A stretch of 60,795 nt of DNA, filler included, from Stramenopiles sp. TOSAG23-2 (lineage: Eukaryota): the NCBI GenBank assembly GCA_900128395.1. It is 47 parts of 47 records of this genome, joined end to end, with 100 filler letters (N's around TTAATTAATTAA, not from the genome) between each part and the next. Parts side by side here need not be neighbours in the genome. Positions count along the whole stretch, not along the records: positions 1 to 1,137 come from LT653626.1; positions 1,238 to 2,373 come from LT653627.1; positions 2,474 to 3,609 come from LT653628.1; positions 3,710 to 4,845 come from LT653629.1; positions 4,946 to 6,079 come from LT653630.1; positions 6,180 to 7,312 come from LT653631.1; positions 7,413 to 8,545 come from LT653632.1; positions 8,646 to 9,778 come from LT653633.1; 39 more parts are not named here. The stretch is one strand, 5' to 3'. The notes beneath the pieces are model-generated. The model worked only from the letters and a program-made list of their open reading frames with translations, made no database searches and was not told the DNA's origin. A program made the position numbers and the translations under genes. Positions 1 to 10,135 of the stretch are shown in pieces. How positions within the stretch are numbered: position 1 is the first letter of the stretch; each line of letters begins with the position of its first letter.

Positions 1-2
1 TA

Positions 3-1137
3 AATGCAATAAACTTAAAATGTATTCAAGAATTAGAAGAACAGTTTGGAGAATCGGTATCTGACATTGTAACACAACTAAAAGAAGTTAATAAAAACAT
101 TAAAAGTTTACACATGCAAGTCCAAAAAAATGTCAAGGATATTACAAATCTTGATGCACGTCTTAAAACATTAGAAGACCACAACAAGAAGAAACTTAAT
201 CACCCTTTTCGTATTGTATCATATAATAATACCAAAGGCATTATCTTTCTTGCAGTAGCTTATGAAGAAAGTAAAGTGGAAGCGGAAAAAATAAAATCTA
301 TTACTGATGCCGAGATATTTCAAGGCACAGTATATCAATTCTATGAAAAATTACGGGAAAACCGATATAAATTTGTACATTTTATTGGTCATGGAAATGC
401 AGCCATAGGAGATGCACATTTAGGTCTTACGTTTATTGATACAACAGCCACTCCAAAAAAAATACTTCGAATTTCACATCAGGACTTTGTTACAGCATTG
501 ATACAAAGTGGTATCACATTATTTACAATGAGTGCATGTGAGACAGCCATACAAAATTCTAATGTTGTGCAATATTTTATTGATAAAGGTGGTTTATATT
601 CATACGGCTTTAAGAAAAAAGTTGCATCGGTTGCTGCACCAATTTTTAGTGAAAATTTTTATTATCAACTTTTTAGAAATAAAATGGCACCGAAAGATGC
701 TTTTGCATGGAGTGAGACGGCGGTATGTGCGAAAGTAAAACAAATCGGAAGCTGGGGTGGCATGTTAGTTTATGATCAAGAATTTGATCTACGTAAAGAG
801 AATCGCGGTGGGGATCCAATTTTTATAGAAAATGATGTGGAAATTAAAAAAATATGCATTGAACAAGTAAAAAGATTGCTCTTACTGAAGGGTGCAGTTA
901 CATCCGATAACAAGATATCAGAGGATGATAAATATTTTTTTACCAAATTTTGCAATTTTATTGATAGAAGCAAAGAGAATTTGAAAACAATTTTAAATCT
1001 TCTGAATAAAAATTATGATGATACGCAAATACAACGCATTGTACTAGAAATGGGATTGAAGGATAGTCTATCTCAAAAGATATCACATAAAATGATAAGT
1101 ATGCTCCATAAAATTTGCGAAGCAAAATTATTAGCAC
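3..1137 (+). CDS. CHAT (caspase-like, clan CD) protease with N-terminal coiled coil; partial at both ends
   Basis: Frame is open from nt 3 (NAINLKCIQELEEQF..). Catalytic-dyad motifs VHFIGHG and TMSACET, preceded by EESKVEAEKIK and followed by FSENFY..L..AF, as in CHAT domains. Confidence 0.8.
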
Positions 1138-1359
1138 NNNNNNNNNNNNNNNNNNNNNNNNNNNNNNNNNNNNNNNNNNNNTTAATTAATTAANNNNNNN
1201 NNNNNNNNNNNNNNNNNNNNNNNNNNNNNNNNNNNNNCCTATCATATAAATATTTTCAAGCCTATTACAGCGTAGCTAATGTGATATTTCATCATTTGAA
1301 TAGCACTATATAAATCTGCCTCTCTCTCTGCTTGGCGGATCTATTTTTCAACATCGCTA

Positions 1360-1616
1360 CCCTCTCTAAAACATACCAAAAACACTGTACAAAACATGCC
1401 AAAACTGTGCACTTAACACTATTCACTATAGGGGAAATATTCAATCATTTTTTCTATATTTTCGGATATTTGCTATTTTTTCCAAAATATATGAAAAATA
1501 AAATTGGCATTTTAGAAAACGATATTTACATATTTCCACATATTTCCCATAGTGAATAGTGTTAATAAGTGCACAGTTTTGTGATGTTTTGTTCAGTTTT
1601 GTGATGTTTTAGAGGG
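1360..1616. mobile_element. Outer fold-back MITE hosting the 1417-1561 element
   Basis: CCCTCTCTAAAACAT...CAAAACTGTGCACTTA mirrors TAAGTGCACAGTTTTG...ATGTTTTAGAGGG. The right end is GGG|TTAA; the left TSD is degenerate. Confidence 0.6.
1417..1561. mobile_element. 145-bp MITE, piggyBac-like (TTAA target-site duplication)
   Basis: TTAA|CACTATTCACTATAGGGGAAATAT ... ATATTTCCCATAGTGAATAGTG|TTAA. The same TIR recurs at 19734-19748 and partly at 48679-48694. Confidence 0.75.
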
Positions 1617-2050
1617 TTAATAGCACTGCTGTCGTCATGTCGTAATGTCGTCATTATCTATTAAAAAAAATGAAAAAAAGTACGGTTACATCTATAATAG
1701 CGCTGCATAGCACTAAACTAGCTACGACAATTCGACACCATATGACATATGACATAAAATCGATCTGTAACATCATATAAAATTATATATATATATTTTA
1801 ATAGTTATAGGAAGGAGGGGAGACTTCATTTCTTGTTGTGCTTTTGTAGAAAGTATAAATACTAAGTGTACATCAGTAGATAACAACGGTGTATATTGAA
1901 GTATTTAGAGAGATAAATTTAGATTAAATAACAACTTGCTGTGTCGTATATTGAAGTATAACGCGTATTACTAATCAAACGAATGTTTCACCTATATATT
2001 TATCCCCACCAAATACTAGTTATTCTAGTAGTAGTAGTAGTGGAGATAGT

Positions 2051-2373
2051 ATGACAAATAGTAGTATTACTACAAGTGGTGGTAGTCATGAGAAACAGAT
2101 GATGGCAATCAATCGTAGTATTGAAAATGTTCATTCTTCTTCTACTTTCAATAATGAAACAGTGACTAGTATCATACTTCCAGCTATGTTAATCGACGAA
2201 AATGATTTTGCAGATAAGGTATACAATTCACCACCACCTACTGAGGAGGCAACTGGTAAAAATAATAACATGATGAAGCTTGGAATTCGTGGTTCTAGTA
2301 GTAGTATTATTATTAGTGATGATGGGAATACTACTGCAGTGAACAATGATAGAAGTGGAGGTGAGGAAATATG
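2051..2373 (+). CDS. Hypothetical protein, low-complexity N-terminus, 3' truncated
   Basis: ATG after an AT-rich 5' region; open to the contig end; S/N-rich. Confidence 0.55.
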
Positions 2374-2642
2374 NNNNNNNNNNNNNNNNNNNNNNNNNNN
2401 NNNNNNNNNNNNNNNNNTTAATTAATTAANNNNNNNNNNNNNNNNNNNNNNNNNNNNNNNNNNNNNNNNNNNNCGTAAAAAAAAAAAACAGCGTGAAAAG
2501 AATCACGAATATATATATAATAATAATAGTTTTAGTAAAACCAAAAAAAGGCCTTTATGATACCCTGATAAAACTATTTGAAAAAAAATACACACGTGTG
2601 AAGCATTTGTGGGGATACGGTTCTCTATTTTTCTTTTTCTTC

Positions 2643-3563
2643 TTACAATTTTGCATTACGTTGTAAATTTTTTAAAATAGATTTAAATGCATCATTTGGT
2701 GTTTTAGGATAATCAGAACCTGAAGAGAAATCCATTACTTCACTCCATTTAGAATGAATTGTTTCCAAATCCATACCCTTTGGATTTAAATCAAACGCAA
2801 CACCAGCAGATCGTTGATATTTAACTTGTCCAACCCAGCCACCACCAGTTTCAAAGACACTACCATTCGTTTCACACGCTTCGCTGCATAAATAGCCAAC
2901 AAAAGGCGCAATGTAATCTGGTTTAAGACCATTCACCATTTCAGGTGTCATGATAGTTTCTGTCATTCGGGAACCTGCAAATGGCGCAATAACATTAACT
3001 TTAATTCCACGTTTAGCACCTTCTTTTGATAAAGTATTTGCAAGCCCTACAACTCCTAATTTGGCAGTCGAGTAATTAGCTTGTCCAAAATTACCGAACA
3101 ATCCAGCAGATGATGTGATCATGACAACTCTACCATATCTTTTCTCACGCATGTATGGCCATGCAGCTCTAGTAACTTTGTATGCTCCAAATACATGTAC
3201 TTGTTGTACTAAGTTCCAGTCTTCATCAGACATTTTTGAAAACGAAACATCACGTAAGATGCCAGCATTGTTTACAATAATATCGACTTGTCCAAATGTA
3301 TCAATAGCAGTTTGAACAATTTTTTCACCATCAGTAACAGAATCGAAATTTGCAACAGCTTCACCACCACCTGCGACGATTTCATCAACAACTGCTTGTG
3401 CTGGACGATTATCAGCACCTTTGCCATCAAAACTTCCACCTAAGTCATTAACAACTACTTTTGCACCTCTTCCAGCTAAAAACAAAGCATATTGTTTTCC
3501 AATACCATTCCCTGCACCAGTAACAATTGCTACACGTCCGTCAAATCTTAATTTATCACCCAT
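2643..3563 (-). CDS. HSD17B4: Peroxisomal (3R)-hydroxyacyl-CoA dehydrogenase; stand-alone SDR domain of the MFE-2/HSD17B4 family
   Basis: LRFDGRVAIVTGAGNGIG, VVVNDLGG, NNAGILRD, GNFGQANYSTAK; complete ORF ending in the PTS1 tripeptide AKL. Confidence 0.93.
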   Translation of the reverse strand: MGDKLRFDGRVAIVTGAGNGIGKQYALFLAGRGAKVVVNDLGGSFDGKGADNRPAQAVVDEIVAGGGEAVANFDSVTDGEKIVQTAIDTFGQVDIIVNNAGILRDVSFSKMSDEDWNLVQQVHVFGAYKVTRAAWPYMREKRYGRVVMITSSAGLFGNFGQANYSTAKLGVVGLANTLSKEGAKRGIKVNVIAPFAGSRMTETIMTPEMVNGLKPDYIAPFVGYLCSEACETNGSVFETGGGWVGQVKYQRSAGVAFDLNPKGMDLETIHSKWSEVMDFSSGSDYPKTPNDAFKSILKNLQRNAKL

Positions 3564-3804
3564 TTTTATATTTCTTTTTTTGTCGTTATTATTGTTATTA
3601 TTTATATATNNNNNNNNNNNNNNNNNNNNNNNNNNNNNNNNNNNNNNNNNNNNTTAATTAATTAANNNNNNNNNNNNNNNNNNNNNNNNNNNNNNNNNNN
3701 NNNNNNNNNCATAGTATACATAATAGTTAGTACTATCAATCAGAATCCTAACTTTCCTTTCCAGTCAGTTTTTAGCTACAGAGCTAGACAATATTAAAGG
3801 CCAG

Positions 3805-4453
3805 ATGGAGGAATTTCATGGTAAAGAAAAGTTAATCAAATCAATACCAGTTTATGGTGCATCAGAGGAGACTGGGAAATATGTAGGTTTGGTAAACAAA
3901 GGTGCAAAACAAAATCCACAATCAAAATTTACATTTTCTAATTACACTTTAATTAAAGCTACAAATACATCTATTAAACTGCTACAGGTGAAAATTGTAG
4001 AAGAGGATAACAAGGAAGTAAATTACAAGTTGTTGTATTACACACTAACTGGAAAAACTATTACTTTGGATGTTGAATCTTCAGATACTATTGATATGAA
4101 AAGTATCCTAATTTTGGAGAAGCCATCCATGATGCATGGAAAACATTCATTTTAGGGAGAAATATTCCTGCCATCACAAAAGTGTGTAACTCTGCAGAGG
4201 ATAAATTGAAAGCAATAAAAAATGCTCAAGACTTCCAAGCCTATATAAATTTATACAATTTGGCATTTCAAAGAGCATCAAAATTATTGATTAATAATGG
4301 TTTCTTTTTTGTTAAAATAAAAAGCATACCATCGAAACATTATGATGCTTGTGGAGTAGTAGCATTGCTTGCTCATAAATATGGTTTTCAATACAATGGA
4401 GAACGCATATTAGTAACAGCTGTAAAAACAACAAAAACAACAAAAACAACAAT

Positions 4454-4501
<48 letters not shown>

Positions 4502-4697
4502 AGCTAGTCATAATGCTGTGTCTATGCTAAGGAGTGCATTATATATAGGATGTACCATAAATTTAAGTACAAAAATCTGTATGAAAAGACATAAAAAAGT
4601 GACATTTTACACATTTTTGAAAACGCAAGGAAGTCAACAATCGTTGCAATCATCTGATGATATAAAAATACATTTCTATTCATATACTGGTATTTGA
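3805..4697 (+). pseudogene. Disrupted CpG-depleted coding relic containing a ubiquitin fragment and a possibly methyltransferase-like segment
   Basis: TLTGKTITLDVESSDTID matches ubiquitin residues ~7-24. The frame changes near 4095 into ...YNLAFQRASKLLINNGFFFVKIK. An in-frame TGA follows the poly-Q and the frame continues to 4697. Confidence 0.4.
4425..4499 (+). repeat. (CAA)n microsatellite / poly-Q
   Basis: Direct reading. Confidence 0.95.
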
Positions 4698-6180
4698 GAA
4701 ACAAGACAACAACCCCTGGCTAGTTATCTATTGAACATCAACAATCATATCTCATATCCATCAGAACGATCAATATTATACTTCATTATTGAAGTATATA
4801 TATATATATATATATACCACGTATAATACTTATTAAAATATTTTTNNNNNNNNNNNNNNNNNNNNNNNNNNNNNNNNNNNNNNNNNNNNTTAATTAATTA
4901 ANNNNNNNNNNNNNNNNNNNNNNNNNNNNNNNNNNNNNNNNNNNNCTTTATTTGTATGTATATGTTTTATGTACATACTATCTATTTATATCTATTTATA
5001 TGTATATTATAATAAATATAGTCTCTGTATATATATATATTTTACTATATCCTGGTAGTTTTATAATTACTTGTCCCTATTTAGCACGTTGCTTTAGTGC
5101 TATAGTTGCTTTATACTATTATATTATTTTTTAGAACTAGAACTGCTCATACTGTACCGTGTTATTTTAACCAATCTTATTATTTTGGATAATTATTGGT
5201 TTAATAATTTATGAGTCGCTCTAATGATACTTCTATCTTAATCTTAACAGCCTTTTCCAAAAGACAAATAATCAAATAGAATGTATGGCACTATACCTTG
5301 TAGTGATTCTTCCAATAATCAAAACAACTATAATTATAATGTAATACTGTACAGTATTATAAGATCGAGAACCACCTTTGTTATTTGCTACTCAAATGGG
5401 TGGTCAAACCTGGCAAACCGCTGCAACCATACATACAGCAGCAGCTAGCTAGCTAGCCAGCTAGCTACTAATAAATCTACATGTAGCACATTACAAAAAA
5501 AAAGTGTTTCAAAAACGAGTTTCACACAGTATTTACCTGCTCGAGAGAGGTATACACTACATAGCATTGTAATGGTATCTATTTACTAGCACATATGTAG
5601 CACATAGCATATTGTAGCTATACCTGGCATACCAGCATACAACATAAATACACTACTTCTGGACTTCTTTGGATGATGATAACACAGTTTAAGTTGCCAC
5701 AGCGACAGTTGTTATAAAAAAAAATGAAGAAATATAAACCTCAATTGTATATTGCAACCTATTATTTATTGTATGTTTATGTTTGGATTACGGATTACCT
5801 GAGTTCATTATAACAAACAGAAACTACTATAATGGTATACGTAGAAATACAACTAGAAGACATAGATATTCATCAAATATCTCGTATAAGATACAATAGA
5901 AGACGACACATAGACGTAAATAACATTAAAATATGCCGTTCCTTAAAAGAAAATCGTTTTGCCGTAAAAAATGATAGAAACTTTTTTTACGTGATAATGA
6001 TAAATATATTTTACTTATTAGTGCTTTTGAAAATCAAATATATAAAAGCAGATATTCAAAATAACCATCCACCATTAGTNNNNNNNNNNNNNNNNNNNNN
6101 NNNNNNNNNNNNNNNNNNNNNNNTTAATTAATTAANNNNNNNNNNNNNNNNNNNNNNNNNNNNNNNNNNNNNNNNNNNNG

Positions 6181-7312
6181 TCATACATTGCTGAATATAA
6201 CATGAAGTCTCTTGATAGCAAGGATGATGTAAAGGAGAAAAAAATCGATGCACAATCCCATTTAGAACGATGTATGTTGCTTTTCTCGAATACGCCAGAC
6301 AATGCTTCCGATGCTGTAGAGAATAATCCTTTAGGTATTGTAAAAGAATGTAGAACAAATCAAAAGATACGCGAATGGGCAAAAACTATTGGTACACTCT
6401 TTGGCCGCTACACTATTGATCCCGGCCCCCCATTTCATAAATCATCCACATGCCAAGTATATTTTGCAAAGGATGTTGCAAATGAAAACAAGCCTGTTGT
6501 ATTAAAATTTATGAACAATAAAGATGAATTTGTTCGAGAAATCACTCATCGATATTCTTCTCTAGATAGACAATTGGACAAATGTGTTGCATCTGTAATT
6601 GGGTGGCATGTTCCTTCACAATTTGGAAACGGGTTGATTTTCAAAGAGAGCATGAAAGTATCTTCTTCGTTTTTAAAAATTATTGAAGAAAAAGAATGCA
6701 TAGAGTCAATTGAAGCGACTCAAAAGTCGGGTTACCCTCCGTTTCTGCTTGTCATGGAAAATGGTGGCCGTTCTGTTTGGTATAAAATGGGCGCAGAAAG
6801 GGTTGCAGGTGTTGAACCAATAGCCGTATTTGAAACTTTTTATGAAATAACAAAAAAAGTCAAAGCGTTGCACAATACTGGCTTAATTCACTCAGATTTA
6901 AAACCTCGTAACATTTTAGAAAGTTCTGAACAGAGAGGACGTATTCTTTTGTGTGATTTAGATGCGGCTGTTGAAATTGGTACTCTGCGCCCAATTGATT
7001 TAAAATGTAGTACAGGTTATGTCCCTCCAGAACTTGCATGGCGAGTTTTTGGTGGTAGCACAGAACTCTTAAAAGCAGATGCAAGTTTTGACGTATGGTC
7101 CTTGGGTATTCTTTTTTATGAACTTTGTACAGGGCGCCATTTGTTCTCCATCGACATTAGTGATGACAACCTTACATCGGAACATGATCAAATTCGCTTG
7201 TGTACATGGCTTCGTTGCGACATTGAGGATCTTATAAATATATTCCCTAATGAATCGAATGGCATTGGAGGTATGTTGAAACTATTTGCAACTTATTTGA
7301 TCGCCCATTGCC
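6181..7312 (+). CDS. Ser/Thr protein kinase domain (non-RD, DLD in place of DFG); partial
   Basis: VVLKFM..E, HSDLKPRN, LCDLDAA, STGYVPPE, DVWSLG. Confidence 0.9.
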
Positions 7313-7412
7313 NNNNNNNNNNNNNNNNNNNNNNNNNNNNNNNNNNNNNNNNNNNNTTAATTAATTAANNNNNNNNNNNNNNNNNNNNNNNNNNNNNNNN
7401 NNNNNNNNNNNN

Positions 7413-7708
7413 CTGCTATTTGTAGTGACGTCCTTCACATTTTCCTTACTTTTTATCAAATCAGATGACACTCCATTCGATTCCTTATTGCTATTATTAT
7501 TTGCAGATGATGCTTGATCTTGTTTGCGACGATCATTCAATTTTTTACTGGCTAATCCCATTGCAGTTGCGCGTCTAAATGCTTTTCCAATCTTCGTTTT
7601 GGCACTTTGTAAGGACAACACTTTTGATAATACTTGCGAGTTGTCGTGTGTAGATTTCAAAGTAACGCTTACAGGTGAAGTTGCCGAGCGCATTAATTGT
7701 GCAATTGC
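7413..7708 (-). CDS. Gene fragment beginning with a possible PDZ C-terminal helix/strand; chimeric join at its 5' side
   Basis: AIAQLMRSATSPVSVTLK followed by a natural-looking S/N/K-rich tail; open to the contig edge. Confidence 0.45.
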
Positions 7709-8247
7709 CCCAAGTGGGTGTTGATTTTGGAGCTAGTAAAAGAGGCGTACCTCCTTATAAAGGTTTAGATAAAGGAATAGATTCCCCAGGACCGGTTTTA
7801 CCACAAGGTTCAACATTAACTGGTGGGCGTATCACATTTGGTTTTGGTAAGCGTAAAACATTGGCTACGAATAAAGGTTTAGATTCTCCTGGCCCAGTCT
7901 ATTCCCCGATATTTTTAGATGCGATCGGCCGGGATCCAGAAAAAGGATGTAGTTTTGGGCAGACGGAAAGACCGCTACATGGAAAAAGTTGGACACCTGG
8001 TCCTGGAGAATATGTCTTGCCAGTAAATTTTGGCCCAGATATTAATCCTTTAGTAGGTCCAAAAATGATAAGCGCAAGATTTGGTAAAAATAATTGCTAT
8101 GATAAAAAAGACCAATTTTCTCAACAGAAATTCTATTACGGAAGTAGTGCTGATCATGCAGTTAATCATGATGTCTTATGGAAAACTAGAATTAAAGAAG
8201 AGAACAGAATTGAAGCACTTCGCAACAAATCAAATCGATTCAAATAG
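7702..8247 (+). CDS. SHIPPO/STPGR-repeat (ODF3-like) ciliary protein, C-terminal part
   Basis: Repeated FG...SPGP(V)Y / TPGPGEY motifs. Confidence 0.75.
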   Translation, partial: QLPQVGVDFGASKRGVPPYKGLDKGIDSPGPVLPQGSTLTGGRITFGFGKRKTLATNKGLDSPGPVYSPIFLDAIGRDPEKGCSFGQTERPLHGKSWTPGPGEYVLPVNFGPDINPLVGPKMISARFGKNNCYDKKDQFSQQKFYYGSSADHAVNHDVLWKTRIKEENRIEALRNKSNRFK

Positions 8248-8645
8248 GTACGAAGCGTTACATGATGCATTATTAAAAAAATTCGTTAATTTGATATTTT
8301 TTTTATACGTTCGTATATACTTTCGTATAATTAAAATATTTTAATATTTTACGAATCGTATAAAATGTTGGTAATGTGTGTGTCTATGTGTGGTGTGTTT
8401 GTGTGTGTAGAACGAGTAAAACATGTATCATACGCTTTTTCTCTACGAAGTAATTTTTACAAAATTTAAAATTAAAATATTACGAAGTCGTACCAAAAAT
8501 GATGCACCTAAAAAAACTTTTTTCTCAATCAGACATTTTTCTATCNNNNNNNNNNNNNNNNNNNNNNNNNNNNNNNNNNNNNNNNNNNNTTAATTAATTA
8601 ANNNNNNNNNNNNNNNNNNNNNNNNNNNNNNNNNNNNNNNNNNNN

Positions 8646-9656
8646 GGAAACTTAATAGAGTTGATGTCACCAGTGAAAAAAATATTACCATCATCATCTT
8701 CTACGTCTTTTTTTTCTAAACAATGATTCCATATGTGTTTAGCATCTTTTAACATTTTTCGTTTTAATGCTACTTTTTTCTTGTTTTCTTTTTTTTCTTT
8801 TTTTTCAATTTGATCAGCTGGTAATGTTTCTTCCTGTATTTGCCTTTCAGAAATAGTTTGAAATAAAAATTCAATACATACATTGATTTCTTTTGCATGC
8901 AATATTTCCCCACGTCATTTTATTGCCATCCTTGCATTCTTCTACATTTCTTAAATGTTTACATAATGCTTCAAGTGTTAAATAATTATTTTCTGGTAAA
9001 CGTTTTAATAATAATAAAATTTCTTTTTTTGTACGTGTGATTAATGCTTTTTGTTTATTAACGGGTGATGATGATGCATTTTTTGGACTATTAAATTTAT
9101 TGATATGCGTCACTTTTTTACCAATACTTATGAAATCATTGTAAAATTTAAATAATAGCAATGGTTCCTCCATAGTTCGTAAATAATTCTTTATCAAACC
9201 AGTAATTTCATGCATTGATATTTTATTTTCAACTACTTGTTTTGATATAGTTTTTTTGTATTCTTCATCTTTTTGTAATAATTCAATTAATGATGTAATT
9301 TTCGTTTTATCACCACTAATACGATATATTCCTTCTACTTCTAATGGATCATCAAGAAAATCATTTTCAAGTATATCTATTAATGTTATTAATTGCGTCG
9401 ATGGTCCCGGTTGCACATGCAACAATTTGTATTTTTCACATGCATCCCAAAACGATAATACTTCATGTTTATGTATACTAACAAGAAATTCTCGAAACAT
9501 GGAGTGATATTGCTCATCGTTTAAAACAGTTTCTACTGTAATTAAGTTAACTCTATTGGCCCATTTATGACCACTTTTACCTACTGCAAGTGTAGACGTA
9601 TGTGTTTGTTCTAAACATTCTTTAATAGCATGTCTCCATCTGCTGCGGCATGGCAA
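8646..9656 (-). CDS. PH(end)-RGS(partial)-RhoGAP protein, rearranged and frameshifted
   Basis: RWRHAIKE (PH helix); VLNDEQYHSMFREFL..EVLSFWDACEKYK (RGS); EGIYRISG, IKNYLRTMEEPLL, LPENNY, NKMTWGNIA (RhoGAP). The domain tail (EINVCIEFL) is in another frame after 8900. Confidence 0.8.
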
Positions 9657-9778
9657 TTGCCAACATTTGATGAGAAAACAAAAACATTAGTCTTACATGA
9701 AGATTCCTTGAAAATGAAAAAAACTACGACGTTTGGACATGGTATTATTAAATGGTGTGTATTAACTACGGAATGTTT
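9654..9778 (+). CDS. PH-domain N-terminal fragment, inverted relative to the RhoGAP gene
   Basis: VLHEDSLKMKK..KWCVLT resembles PH strands 1-2. Confidence 0.5.
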
Positions 9779-9878
9779 NNNNNNNNNNNNNNNNNNNNNN
9801 NNNNNNNNNNNNNNNNNNNNNNTTAATTAATTAANNNNNNNNNNNNNNNNNNNNNNNNNNNNNNNNNNNNNNNNNNNN

Positions 9879-10129
9879 TTATGGGTACGCCCGTCTAACA
9901 TTTTCGCAATTTTTGCCCATCTATTGCCAATACGTGCTTGTACTTCCAATATGATTTGATCTTCCTCCGTTGTCCATACTCGTCGTGGTTCATTGTTGCT
10001 ACTACTACTACTCCCATTATCATTATAATCATTTCTATTGGGAAGATCTATCTTTTCCGCAACAAGACTTGCAATAGTTATACCAATACCTTTAACTTTT
10101 TCTAAATCCTTACGATTACAAAAAAGCGT
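9879..10129 (-). CDS. Helix-hairpin-helix + Myb/SANT DNA-binding protein fragment (not in ORF track)
   Basis: Manual translation: TLFCNRKDLEKVKGIGITIASLVAEKI...RRVWTTEEDQIILEVQARIGNRWAKIAKMLDGRTH. Confidence 0.85.
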
Positions 10130-10135
10130 TACGAT

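Noticed and set aside
4039..4096. Functional ubiquitin gene
   Set aside because: Only about 18 residues are present; there is no MQIFVK start and no LRGG end.
4952..6079. Short Tyr/Ile/Phe-rich ORFs in AT-rich contigs (also 14277, 16088, 17505, 36004, 47842-48737, 55642, 56484)
   Set aside because: Their composition reflects TA/poly-T tracts and no motifs are present.
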